A DNA stretch of 64,000 bases from a virus. Lineage: Duplodnaviria > Heunggongvirae > Uroviricota > Caudoviricetes. The notes under the pieces are model-generated. The model was not told the DNA's origin. It searched no databases and saw nothing but the letters and a program-made list of their open reading frames with translations. Made by a program: the position numbers and the translations under genes. Positions 18,291 through 28,231 of the stretch are shown here, one piece after another; the stretch's first letter is position 1; each line of letters begins with the position of its first letter. The stretch lies in the IMG/VR virus record IMGVR_UViG_3300022660_000050; one strand, written 5' to 3'.

Positions 18291-20246
18291 ATGGCGGAAA
18301 ATACTACAACTAAAACGTCGCATGCGCTAGTCGGCAGTCAGACACAACCAATAACACTTGACAATACGACCACGCTAGATATTGACGTCAATAAAACTTT
18401 AGTAGACAATATTATAGAAGCTGGCTTAAATAGCAAGCTTGATGTTGCAGCACTTGAGAACTTTACCAGTATCTCAAATTCACGTGACCAGATATATCAG
18501 TTAATTGATACTATGGCTCAGGATTCTTCTGTCGCCTCGATATTAAGAACGTATGCAGAAGATGTCTGTGAGCCTGCAGACAATGGACATGTTATTTGGT
18601 GTGAGGCTAGCGACCCAAAAGTTAGTAAATTTGTTAACTACTTGCTAAACACCATGAATGCAGATAAAAATATGTTTGGCTGGACGTATGCACTATTAAA
18701 ATACGGTGATGTGTACCTACGACTTTATCGAGAGTCAGACTATGCCGATGCATTATTTAAGACTGATAACATTGATAAAGTATATTCTGCGAGAAATACA
18801 CTTAATGAAGCTTTTGATATAAGTATAGATGAAGAGCCTAAGAAAGAGACTCTTGATGAGGCAGTTAAACTTAATTTACACACCGCTTCAGACCCATACA
18901 GCTACTATGTAGAAGCAGTAGATGACCCTGGCACAATGTTTGAGCTTACCAAATTTGGTAAAACCTACGGCTATATAGAAACACCAAATGAAACATCTAC
19001 CGTAGATAATACATCAGCTTTTACAGGTGTAACTGCTTCTGGTACATATAACTTTAGAATGAAGTCTGCAGATGTAAATGTATTCCAAGCTGATGACTTT
19101 GTTCACGCCTGTCTTGAAGATAACTTTACTAGATACCCAGAAACTGTTGATTTGTTTATCGATGCTGATGGTACAAAGAGCCAATCTTATAGTGTTAGAC
19201 GTGGTAAATCACTTCTATACGATTCTTATAAGATTTGGCGAGAGAAAGCACTACTTGAAAGCGCCGCACTCTTAAACAGAATTACCCGTTCAAGTGTAGT
19301 ACGTAAAGTTGGCGTAGAAGTCGGTGACATGCCGAAAGAACAAGTTCAGCAAACCCTACGTCGCGTTAAGGAAATGATGGAGCAAAAGAGTGCTCTAAAC
19401 GTTGGCAACTCAATGAATGAGTATAACAACCCAGGCCCAATGGAAAATAATATTTATTTTGCAACACACGGTGGCCAAGGAAATATTACCGTAGAAGCAG
19501 TCGGCGGTGATGTTGAAGTAAAGAACCTCGCTGACCTTGACTGGTGGAATAATAAGTTCTATTCTTCTTATGGTATTCCTAAGCAGTACTTTGGCTGGAC
19601 CGACGATGGTGCAGGCTTTAATGGGGGTACTTCTCTTACTATTCTTTCTAGCGTTTATGCTAAAGGTGTTAAGAGAGTTCAGAATGCAATGATTCAGGCA
19701 CTCACAGACGCTATCAATCTTTTCCTTCTTAACAAGGGCCTCAAGAGCTATCTCAATAACTTTACTCTTAAAATGAAAGCGCCTATCACTCAGGAAGAAA
19801 TTGACTACCGTGCTGACCTTTCTAACAAGATTAATGCAATCAGCAGTATGCAGGGATTATTTACTGATATTGAAGATAAGCCTAGACGTCTGCGTATCTT
19901 AAAAGCTCTTCTTGCTGGACTTGACTATGGCGATGATATTAATGTGGAAATAGATGCCGAAATTAAGGCTATTGAAGAAGCCGCTGCTGAAGCAGCTCTC
20001 GAAGCTGAAAATGAAGAAAACACCACAGCAGAAGATACAGAAGTGGAAACAGAAGCAGCCGAGGAACCAGCAGAAGATATAGATTTGGGCTCACTTGAGG
20101 AACTTAATCTAGAAGCATTTAATGTAGGCACCGGTGATTTGTTGTTAGAGGAGCAGGATGTTCTTAGTAATATAATTCTTACTGAAGATGACCTCCCCTC
20201 ACCAAGTGACTTAGATGCGGAAAAAGATTTCTCTGAAAATAACTAA
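18291..20246 (+). CDS. portal protein (putative), acidic C-terminus
   Basis: 651 aa ORF directly after terL, with the size and position typical of portal. No motif confirmed. Confidence 0.5.
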   Translation: MAENTTTKTSHALVGSQTQPITLDNTTTLDIDVNKTLVDNIIEAGLNSKLDVAALENFTSISNSRDQIYQLIDTMAQDSSVASILRTYAEDVCEPADNGHVIWCEASDPKVSKFVNYLLNTMNADKNMFGWTYALLKYGDVYLRLYRESDYADALFKTDNIDKVYSARNTLNEAFDISIDEEPKKETLDEAVKLNLHTASDPYSYYVEAVDDPGTMFELTKFGKTYGYIETPNETSTVDNTSAFTGVTASGTYNFRMKSADVNVFQADDFVHACLEDNFTRYPETVDLFIDADGTKSQSYSVRRGKSLLYDSYKIWREKALLESAALLNRITRSSVVRKVGVEVGDMPKEQVQQTLRRVKEMMEQKSALNVGNSMNEYNNPGPMENNIYFATHGGQGNITVEAVGGDVEVKNLADLDWWNNKFYSSYGIPKQYFGWTDDGAGFNGGTSLTILSSVYAKGVKRVQNAMIQALTDAINLFLLNKGLKSYLNNFTLKMKAPITQEEIDYRADLSNKINAISSMQGLFTDIEDKPRRLRILKALLAGLDYGDDINVEIDAEIKAIEEAAAEAALEAENEENTTAEDTEVETEAAEEPAEDIDLGSLEELNLEAFNVGTGDLLLEEQDVLSNIILTEDDLPSPSDLDAEKDFSENN

Positions 20247-20272
20247 TGGATATTTGAAAGGTATATATTATA

Positions 20273-20746
20273 ATGATTACAAAAAATGATTGTTTGACTA
20301 TCCTGGTCTCACTTGAAGACAAGGGAATCAATATAGATAAGCCTATGAGGAAGCTTGTAACGAGCAAAGAAATTCCTATGGAAGTGCTAAAGTTTATCTT
20401 AGACAACCGTGGTATTGAGGTTGCTAATTTTTATGAAATGCTTCGTAAAAAACACAACCAGAAGAAATCACCTCTATATCATAATATTGTAAAAGACATT
20501 TATGATACTGATGAGGTTATTACAACACTTGCCTGTCTACTAGTACAAATCACCCTGTATGGAAGAAAGCTTCCGACAAATAAAGAAATTTTTCAGCGAG
20601 AAGTACGCGCCGAAGAAATTTCAAGAGTGCTAAACAGCTATTACAGCACTGGCGAGTTTGATCAGTGCATCGCTCTGCTAAAGCTACTCAAGTCAGATTT
20701 ACTTGTACTCGAGCATATCAGCGGTCGACGTGACGCACTAAATTAA
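20273..20746 (+). CDS. hypothetical protein
   Basis: ORF with GAAAGG RBS. Confidence 0.45.
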   Translation: MITKNDCLTILVSLEDKGINIDKPMRKLVTSKEIPMEVLKFILDNRGIEVANFYEMLRKKHNQKKSPLYHNIVKDIYDTDEVITTLACLLVQITLYGRKLPTNKEIFQREVRAEEISRVLNSYYSTGEFDQCIALLKLLKSDLLVLEHISGRRDALN

Positions 20747-20760
20747 AAATATAATATAAA

Positions 20761-20805
20761 AAATAAACTATATTAATAAAAAATAATATAGTTTATTTTT
20801 TATTT
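20761..20805 (+). terminator. AT-rich terminator hairpin (AAACTATATTA..TAATATAGTTT) plus T-run
   Basis: Seen directly. Confidence 0.5.
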
Positions 20806-20824
20806 AATTTTAATACAAAAATAT

Positions 20825-20844
20825 TAGCTAAATTAATTGATCAT
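20825..20844 (+). promoter_or_regulatory. late-type promoter motif AGCTAAATTAATTGATCAT
   Basis: Motif family member. Confidence 0.45.
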
Positions 20845-20911
20845 AAAGATGTGTAATTAAACATCTTAAATTAAATTAATTAAAAATTATCACCTATAAG
20901 GAGAGTTAAAA

Positions 20912-21286
20912 ATGAAGCTTGAGAACGGCTACAAACTAATTTATGAAGTTGTTGATAACGGAGTAAGAGAGTTCAGAGCATCTAAGACTGGTGTACCCGC
21001 TGATGATGACTTTGTAATTACTTCTAATACAATCGGAGCTAATAAGCTTATATACCAGTACGAAGGTAAGTTCTATGGCACCGGTGATAACTTTGTTCCT
21101 ACATACAACGATGATGGAACCCCTGCCGATGAGGCACTCATTACGGATGAAGCTTTTGCAGAAGTTTTTGTTGCTAAGACTGAAGAGCCTGAGGTAGAGG
21201 AAGCCCCTGTGTGCGAGCACGAATTCGTAGACGGTGTTTGCACAAAGTGCGGTACGGCTGACCCTGACTTTGTTCCTGCTGAGTAA
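20912..21286 (+). CDS. hypothetical acidic protein with a C-terminal CxxxxxxxCxxC
   Basis: ORF with AAGGAGAG RBS. Confidence 0.45.
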   Translation: MKLENGYKLIYEVVDNGVREFRASKTGVPADDDFVITSNTIGANKLIYQYEGKFYGTGDNFVPTYNDDGTPADEALITDEAFAEVFVAKTEEPEVEEAPVCEHEFVDGVCTKCGTADPDFVPAE

Positions 21287-21325
21287 TAAAAATTATTATT
21301 AAATTATTTAATTATTAATTTATTA

Positions 21326-21341
21326 TCTGCTAAATTATTTA
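21326..21341 (+). promoter_or_regulatory. late-type promoter motif CTGCTAAATTATTTAG
   Basis: Motif family member, 41 nt upstream of the ATG at 21367. Confidence 0.45.
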
Positions 21342-21366
21342 GAACGCTGTAACTAAGAGGACGATT

Positions 21367-23277
21367 ATGGATTTAAATAAAAAAAGAATTCTTGAAGCGT
21401 TACAGATGCAGCCACTATCACCTGAGGAGATGGCCTCTAGACATATTTTAGGCAGATTGTATGGTCCTATTGCTACGTGTGTTGAAAGCACCAGAAACGG
21501 TAGACTTTACAACAAGCCACTTTGGGAGAGAGCCCTACAAGATGACATCTTTTTAGAGAAGGTAGCTACTAAAGCACTTTTCCTAGAACTCGGTCATCCC
21601 GCTGATAGAGAAGAGACAGATATGAAGCAGGCATGTGCTTGTATTCCTGAGGTGCCAAAGATTGTCGGCGACGACCTTTGTGCTTATGTTGATATTCTAG
21701 ATACTCCTAACGGTAGACTGCTAAAAACGCTCGTAGATTATGGATTTGTTCCTGGAATCAGTTCACGTGGTTCCGGTGATGTAATGGACAACAACCAGGT
21801 TGACCCAGAAACATTCTTTTTGGAAACTTGGGATATTGTTCAACTACCTGCAGTTAAAAAAGCAAGACTTAATGTTTGTGAATCTTTAGACTCTGAAGGC
21901 CTTAAGCTTAAGAAAGCTTTAGCTGAGTCTTATAAGGCTGCAAAAGAAGAGGATAAAGATACTATGAAAAAGGCACTAGAAAATTTAAATATTGATATTG
22001 AAAATGAAATCTCTGACGAGGCACCTATCGAAGAGTCAACTAGACTTACTGCTGAGGATATTCCTTGGGCAGACGATGAAGAGATTCTAACAGAAGAGAT
22101 GCCTGCTGAAGAGGAAACTGAGGAAGCCGAAGAAGAGACTACTGAGGAAGCTACTGAAGAAGCTGATGTAGCTGAACCTACTGATGAAGAAGTTCCTGTA
22201 GAAGCAGAAGAAGCAGAGGTAGAAGAGCCTGAAGTAGTTGATGTAACCGGTGACGGTGAAGCGGATGTCAGCACTGTCGGAGATGCTATCGAGTTGCTTA
22301 AAGAATTCGACGAAGATACTAAAGTAGAATTCGAGGCTACTGATGCCAATGGAGAAGTTGCTCCTGTAGATAATATCGAACATTACATAGACGATGATGT
22401 TCTTGTTCTTAATGTGAAATCCTGCGAAGCTGAAGAAGAACCTTCAGAAGTCGCAGATTCAAATATAGAGACTGAAACTGATGAAATTCCTGTTGAAACC
22501 ATCGAAGAAGTAACCAATGATGAAGGCACAGCCGACGATGACGGAGATGACGAGGTCATTGAGAGCTTGAAAGAGATGGTCAGACAGAAAGAAGCTTTGG
22601 AAACCGAACTTAGTGATTTGCGTAAAGCTAAAGCAGTTGGCGATGCCAAAGAACAAGAGTTACAAGAAAAGCTTGGCCGGTACAGAACTGCATTTAGAAA
22701 TACTAGTGCAGAAGCTGCAAAAGTTCCTGAGCTAATTGCAAAAGTTGAAGAGCTCACAGAAAAACTTAACCAATCGCAACAAAATGTAAAAGTATTAACT
22801 GAAAAGGTTAATAAAGCACAACAGCTAAAAGAGAGCATTGAAGGCAATAAGGCAAATGAAAGACGCTTAAATGAAGAAGTGTCTAGACTTACTAAAGAGT
22901 CTAAAGCTCTTGAAGCTAAACTTGAAGGTCAAACAAAAGTTTATACTGAAAAACTTCAGGAAAGAACAAACCTTGCAAAAGCTTATAAAGCACGCTATAT
23001 TGAGTCACTCAATAAGTATGTAAAATCTAAAGCTGACATGCTCGGTGTTGCACCTTCAGAAATTACAAGCCGCCTCAATGAGAACTTTACTCTCTCAGAT
23101 GTTGATGCTGTTTGTGACAAAATTCTTGATTCTACTGTCAATTTCAGTAGACTTCCTTTCGGTGGAAGAACTAAAACATCTGCTCGTATAGCTGAATCTG
23201 TATCTAGACCTGCTAAGAATAATTATGACGACGATGACCTTAGTGACCTTCTCGAGCTTGCCGGATTGAAGAAATAA
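21367..23277 (+). CDS. putative scaffolding protein (possibly with an N-terminal protease domain). Acidic middle region and coiled-coil C-terminus.
   Basis: Lies between the portal and major capsid genes. Contains a long D/E tract and a heptad-like Lys/Glu/Ala-rich C-terminal half. Confidence 0.4.
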   Translation: MDLNKKRILEALQMQPLSPEEMASRHILGRLYGPIATCVESTRNGRLYNKPLWERALQDDIFLEKVATKALFLELGHPADREETDMKQACACIPEVPKIVGDDLCAYVDILDTPNGRLLKTLVDYGFVPGISSRGSGDVMDNNQVDPETFFLETWDIVQLPAVKKARLNVCESLDSEGLKLKKALAESYKAAKEEDKDTMKKALENLNIDIENEISDEAPIEESTRLTAEDIPWADDEEILTEEMPAEEETEEAEEETTEEATEEADVAEPTDEEVPVEAEEAEVEEPEVVDVTGDGEADVSTVGDAIELLKEFDEDTKVEFEATDANGEVAPVDNIEHYIDDDVLVLNVKSCEAEEEPSEVADSNIETETDEIPVETIEEVTNDEGTADDDGDDEVIESLKEMVRQKEALETELSDLRKAKAVGDAKEQELQEKLGRYRTAFRNTSAEAAKVPELIAKVEELTEKLNQSQQNVKVLTEKVNKAQQLKESIEGNKANERRLNEEVSRLTKESKALEAKLEGQTKVYTEKLQERTNLAKAYKARYIESLNKYVKSKADMLGVAPSEITSRLNENFTLSDVDAVCDKILDSTVNFSRLPFGGRTKTSARIAESVSRPAKNNYDDDDLSDLLELAGLKK

Positions 23278-23348
23278 ACCAGAAAGCTTAAACACAAAAT
23301 CTAAACAAAAAACAAAAACTAATTATTACTTTTAGAAAGAGGTATATT

Positions 23349-24680
23349 ATGAAACAAAATCTTCTTGAGACTTATTCTCGTCAGCTCAAGGTTGCTGAAG
23401 CTTATGTAGCTAAGAACTTTGAAGGCAAGACTATTTCTTCTAACACAGCACTTACTACTGCTGTTCTTCTTGACAACACTAACCGTTGGATGACCGAGTC
23501 TATGGATATCGGTGCTCTTGGCAACGCTACTGACCGTAGCCAGCTTGGCGCTTGGAAGAAGTTCTGCTTGAACCTCACCAACATCGCTGTTCCTTCTCTT
23601 ATCGCTAACGACCTCGTTATCGTTCATCCTATGACCAGTTACTCTGGTTCTGTTGCTTACCTTGAGTACGTAGCACTTTCTGACAAGGCTGGTATGCAGG
23701 GTAAGGTTCTTAACGGTGTATTCGGTCTTGGTGAAATGAGCACTGAGCGTATGAGCTACACTTCCCAGATCGTTGTTGAAACTCTTGTTGCTGACGAAGA
23801 TGGTAATGTTGCTCTTGCATTCGAGGCTAGCGAAATTGATCCTGAAGGCTTCAAGTACTTCGATGAAGAGACCAAGACTGTTAAGACTGCTGCTTACAAG
23901 GTAAACGGCAAGTATGAGACTTCCTACACTCCTAAGGCAGGCGACAGAGTTGCTTACAAGGCTATGGAGTATCAGATGGAGAAAGTTCCTGCTGAGAACA
24001 TTCCTACTATCGGTCCTCGCATGAAGCACATTCCTCTCGTTGCTGAGCCTCGTAGAATTGCTGTTCGTTACGACCAGATCACTGCTTTCCAGGCTAAGAC
24101 TGACTATGGCTTCTCTCTTGACAAGCAGATCGCTGAGCAGGCTTGCGGTGAGCTCGCTTACGAAATCGACACTGAGATCGTTGACATGCTTTACCAGGGC
24201 TCTAAGAAACTCGAGGGTGTTAGAGAGTGGTCTAAGACACTTCCTGCTGGCGTTTCTAAGTTCGAGCACTACAACGGCTTCCTTGAAGTTATCGAAGAAG
24301 CTAAGATGGTTATCTATAACAGAACCAAGAAGTTCCATCCTAACTACATGGTAATCGCTTCTGACGTTCTTCCTGTTCTCCGTTTCGTTAACGGCTTTAC
24401 TGCTGTTAAGAACGCTAAGATGAATGGTCCTTACAAGGTTGGTGAGCTTGACGGCCTTAACGTTTACGTTTCTCCTATCCTTGGCAAGGGTGAATTCTTC
24501 CTCGGCCTCAACGGTAACGACATGATGAGCTCTGCTGGTGTTTACGCTCCTTACATGGCAATCGTTCCTACTCAGCTTCTCGGTACTCCCGATGGCGGTA
24601 TGGCACAGGGCTTCAGCACTTGGTATGCTAAGGCACTCCTTAACGAGGCTCTCCTTGTTTCCGGTAAGATCGTTGACTAA
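23349..24680 (+). CDS. major capsid protein (putative)
   Basis: 443 aa ORF. Strongly biased codon usage of the highly expressed type (GCT/GGT/CTT/ACT), the strongest in the window. Sits after the scaffold gene. AAGAGG RBS. Confidence 0.55.
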   Translation: MKQNLLETYSRQLKVAEAYVAKNFEGKTISSNTALTTAVLLDNTNRWMTESMDIGALGNATDRSQLGAWKKFCLNLTNIAVPSLIANDLVIVHPMTSYSGSVAYLEYVALSDKAGMQGKVLNGVFGLGEMSTERMSYTSQIVVETLVADEDGNVALAFEASEIDPEGFKYFDEETKTVKTAAYKVNGKYETSYTPKAGDRVAYKAMEYQMEKVPAENIPTIGPRMKHIPLVAEPRRIAVRYDQITAFQAKTDYGFSLDKQIAEQACGELAYEIDTEIVDMLYQGSKKLEGVREWSKTLPAGVSKFEHYNGFLEVIEEAKMVIYNRTKKFHPNYMVIASDVLPVLRFVNGFTAVKNAKMNGPYKVGELDGLNVYVSPILGKGEFFLGLNGNDMMSSAGVYAPYMAIVPTQLLGTPDGGMAQGFSTWYAKALLNEALLVSGKIVD

Positions 24681-24714
24681 TTGCTGACTAACTAACGCTA
24701 ATAAACCAATTAAT

Positions 24715-24747
24715 GAAGCACGCAGTGTAAAAGCTGCGTGCTTTTCT
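24715..24747 (+). terminator. intrinsic terminator (AGCACGCAG..CTGCGTGCT) plus T-run
   Basis: Seen directly. Confidence 0.65.
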
Positions 24748-24765
24748 TATACATTATTAAAATTA

Positions 24766-24783
24766 TTTGCTAAATTAATTGAT
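24766..24783 (+). promoter_or_regulatory. late-type promoter motif TTTGCTAAATTAATTGAT
   Basis: Motif family member, 40 nt upstream of the ATG at 24806. Confidence 0.5.
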
Positions 24784-24805
24784 TAGTTAGCAAGGAGTTA
24801 AAATA

Positions 24806-25528
24806 ATGAAACTTGAAGATATTATTGATGAAGTTAAATTAGAGCTAACTGGCTACATACTTGATATGGAAATAACAGATGAAACGCTAGTTTCAGTTAT
24901 TAAAAAGGCGTTAAGAGAGCTCGAAAGGTTTTGGGACGAGACTACACTTATTAGAGTACCATTTGCTTCCTGTATCGACCTTGACGGCGACTTTTTTAAA
25001 GAAAAAGTAAGTTCTATTGTAAAAGTATACAGAACTGAAGGCTTTGGTGATATGGAAGGTGGCGTGTCTGTTATGAATGATCCCATTCAGCTCGCTCAAT
25101 TTGCTATTTTTAGCAATGGTGGTACTATGTATAACTTACAAGACTATGTAATGAACTATGCTTCTTGGATGTCATTAAGCCAGATGAAAAATACTATGTC
25201 TACTGACATGGCTTTTAAAGAAGACCGCCACAATAAAAAATTATATATTAATAGAGCCAATAGTGCACCTAGTATGGTTACAATAGAGTATATTCCAAAG
25301 CTAAACTCTGTTGAAGATATTAAAAGTGACTATTGGATTGATATCTTAATTAAATACTGTGTTGCTCTTACAAAAGTAGTTCTAGGTAGAATTAGAACAC
25401 GTTTTGCTCAGTCTAATGCTCTTTGGACACAAGACGGCGATAAAATTCTTGAAGAGGGTAACACTGAGTTAAAAGAACTGCGTGAGATACTTCGTGTAAA
25501 CTCTAACATGACTTACTTAATCGATTAA
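24806..25528 (+). CDS. hypothetical structural (neck/connector) protein
   Basis: Position between capsid and tail genes. AAGGAG RBS. Confidence 0.4.
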   Translation: MKLEDIIDEVKLELTGYILDMEITDETLVSVIKKALRELERFWDETTLIRVPFASCIDLDGDFFKEKVSSIVKVYRTEGFGDMEGGVSVMNDPIQLAQFAIFSNGGTMYNLQDYVMNYASWMSLSQMKNTMSTDMAFKEDRHNKKLYINRANSAPSMVTIEYIPKLNSVEDIKSDYWIDILIKYCVALTKVVLGRIRTRFAQSNALWTQDGDKILEEGNTELKELREILRVNSNMTYLID

Positions 25529-25548
25529 TAAACTAAGGAGAAATATAA

Positions 25549-27645
25549 ATGAAAGAATCTGTCACTAAATTTGACTTTGAGTCAGCTTTCAAGGCTCTTG
25601 ATGAGATAGATATTCCAGTAGCAGAACCAGGTATTAGAGCTAATAGACCTGCACTTACAGAGATCTTCTCTCGCAAGACTAAGTTTGATTCTTTGTTTGA
25701 AGAATACTATGATATCAACAATTCTGAAGATTTAACAGATGCTCAAGAAGCACGTGAAGCAGAAGTTGCAAAAGCTAAGCTTGCTCGTATTGAGAAAATT
25801 GTTGATCTTGATGCTGATTCGCCTGAGGACTTACTAACTTCCTATGTTGGTAAATATATTATGCAATGTCCTCAGTGTATGACACTATTCTATAAAGATA
25901 AGGAAGACATTGTAGAATCTGAGGATGATCCACTAACTGTAAATGTAAATGAAGTATGTCAGCACTGTGGAAACGAGTCTGGCTATACTCTTGTTGGTAA
26001 AGTTGGGGAAGCTGAGGCTGAGGAAGAACTCCCTACTGACGAACTTCCTCTAGAGGACACCAGTGAAGAGTCTGCCGAGGAAACTGTGGATGAGGAAACT
26101 ACTAACGACCTTACTGACAGTGAGGATTTTGAGGATCTAAATCTTGATGAGCTGGACCTTAATATTGAAGACGAAACTTCTGATGAAGAGGTTGAAGAAT
26201 CACACTTTGTAGAACATACTGGCGAGGCTCTTGTAGAAGACTTAGCTGATGATAAAGACCTTGATGATAAGCTTAAAGCACACAGTGAGTATATTGAGTA
26301 TCTAAGAGATGCTATTGCTCAAGAGGAAGAGAAGCTTGAAAAAGCAACTAACGATCAAGTTAAGGTTGCTATCCAAAGAAATATTGATGCCTTTAAGGCA
26401 GACCTTGAGGCAGCTCTTCCTGATGCAGTTAAAAATGAAACTATTGAAGAGCCTGTAGTTGATGAGACTGCGGAGCCTGTAGAAGAGATCTCAGAAGAAG
26501 ACAAGGAACTTGATGATATTATTGAAGCTCTCACAGAAGAGCTTCATGAAGATGCCGACCTAGAAGTTTCGGCAGACGAGTTTGAAAAACTCATTAACAC
26601 ACCTGAATTTAAGAAGCCTATTTCTGACACTTCTGTTAGAGCAATGCTCAATGACGAGAAAGAAGAAGAAGCTGAAGTTGAAGAGTCTTTAGAAGAGGCT
26701 CTGCTTACTGAAGGAAATCTGCTAGACCTTGGTAAAGCATTGTTAAAAAAAGTAAAACAGGCTGGTGGTAGTTTTAAAAATAAAATTTCTGCTGCTATTG
26801 ATTCACTAACTAAAGATGCTACAACCAGAGAAGAAAGAGCAGACTGGATTCTAGCCAACGCCCTAAAAGATTATGCCAAAGCAAAAGTTGACAAAACCGG
26901 AGTTGTTCCAGAAGAAGAAAACCGTAGATTTAAAACTTTCTTAGTTATTGGCTTTGATGGTAAAGATGCCAAAGGCAAGCCATTTACTGCTGCTCCCGCT
27001 TATGATCAAAAGGGCTTAGTACCAAAAGAGGTTCAAGAGAAAGGCACTTACAAAGACGCTGAGGCTGCTGCAAAGGGTTGGAGCATGCTTTCTGAAAACG
27101 GTCCCGCTTTTATTTATCTAGCTGAAAATAAAGAGGATCCAAAAGCAGCTTTCTTGTGTGAGTTCTTTGAAGGCAAGCTTGAGCTTGACCAGCTAGATAA
27201 CTATTTTGATACTATTAAAAAGAACTTTGAAGGTGTTATGCTTAGAGCACAAAGCGCTACTAGCACTGACACTGCTGAAGAAGAAACACCTGCAACTGAG
27301 GGCCTAGAAGTACAAAATGATCTAGCTACTATCGTTGAAGGCATTGAAGAGCTTCAGGAAGCCTCGCTGGAAAGTCAGATTGCAAAGAGCTTAGCTGAAA
27401 CCTGCGGAAATGTTGAAGGCTTTACACTTACTAACTGTTCCTACTTAAATGAGAAGCTCTCAGTAGAAGGTAATATTACTTTTAAGTCTGGTAACTCTGA
27501 AGCTACTACTTTTGTATTTACAGAAGCACTAAGTGCTGAAGATGCACTTGTTAACCTAATTGGTTGTAATGAGGCTCTTGGTACTAAAGTTACTATGACC
27601 GGTCGTACCGTTGATAAAGTATTTATTACTGAATCTTTTAACTAA
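25549..27645 (+). CDS. large acidic protein with an internal Zn-ribbon (CPQC...CQHC)
   Basis: 698 aa ORF with a long D/E-rich tract. AAGGAG RBS. Confidence 0.45.
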   Translation: MKESVTKFDFESAFKALDEIDIPVAEPGIRANRPALTEIFSRKTKFDSLFEEYYDINNSEDLTDAQEAREAEVAKAKLARIEKIVDLDADSPEDLLTSYVGKYIMQCPQCMTLFYKDKEDIVESEDDPLTVNVNEVCQHCGNESGYTLVGKVGEAEAEEELPTDELPLEDTSEESAEETVDEETTNDLTDSEDFEDLNLDELDLNIEDETSDEEVEESHFVEHTGEALVEDLADDKDLDDKLKAHSEYIEYLRDAIAQEEEKLEKATNDQVKVAIQRNIDAFKADLEAALPDAVKNETIEEPVVDETAEPVEEISEEDKELDDIIEALTEELHEDADLEVSADEFEKLINTPEFKKPISDTSVRAMLNDEKEEEAEVEESLEEALLTEGNLLDLGKALLKKVKQAGGSFKNKISAAIDSLTKDATTREERADWILANALKDYAKAKVDKTGVVPEEENRRFKTFLVIGFDGKDAKGKPFTAAPAYDQKGLVPKEVQEKGTYKDAEAAAKGWSMLSENGPAFIYLAENKEDPKAAFLCEFFEGKLELDQLDNYFDTIKKNFEGVMLRAQSATSTDTAEEETPATEGLEVQNDLATIVEGIEELQEASLESQIAKSLAETCGNVEGFTLTNCSYLNEKLSVEGNITFKSGNSEATTFVFTEALSAEDALVNLIGCNEALGTKVTMTGRTVDKVFITESFN

Positions 27646-27719
27646 GCATAAAAAAATTAAAGTTAACAACGAGATGATAACCATCTCGTTGTTAACAAAA
27701 AAATATAAAGGAGCCAGAA

Positions 27720-28231
27720 TGTCAGATCTTAATACAAACTATGGTCTTTTACTAAATAAAGACATAAAACTACATAGAATGTGGTTTAAACAAATGACGG
27801 CACTGCATGGTATTAATTGTAAATATAAGGCTCCTCTTAAAAATAAAGAATATGATGTACATGGCGACTTACAAACAGGTTATAAGCCAGAAATTCTTGT
27901 TGGCTGTTTGTTTGTAGAACACCCAGATCAGAAGTCATTAAAGAAAGCTGGTTGGGTTGCAGAGCTTCAAGAAGGCTCTTCAGTTATTCATGTTCCGTAT
28001 GACCTACCTGACCTTCAAGTCGGAGCTTTATTTGAGGTCCCTAGCGGACTAGATAATGGCAAAGGCAGATTGTTCCGTGTAATAAGCATGTCAAATATTA
28101 TGATATATCCTGCTTCAATTGCTTGTGAAATAGCTCTTGAATATGAGTCAAATGATGAACAGCGTCTAATTTCTGCTGCGCATGAGCAAGAAGACATGCC
28201 TTTGCTTATTGATAGAGAGGAGGATGATTAA
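27720..28231 (+). CDS. hypothetical structural protein
   Basis: ATG at 27720 with AAAGGAG RBS. The track start at 27611 is upstream and lacks an RBS. Confidence 0.45.

Noticed and set aside
21930-22847. Minus-strand ORFs of 139, 98 and 154 aa inside the scaffold-like gene
   Set aside because: Antisense low-complexity artefacts of the acidic tract. No start or RBS context.
23319-24338. 339-aa minus-strand ORF
   Set aside because: It lies antisense to the major capsid gene, whose + strand has strong codon bias and an RBS. The minus-strand frame is open only because of the compositional skew.
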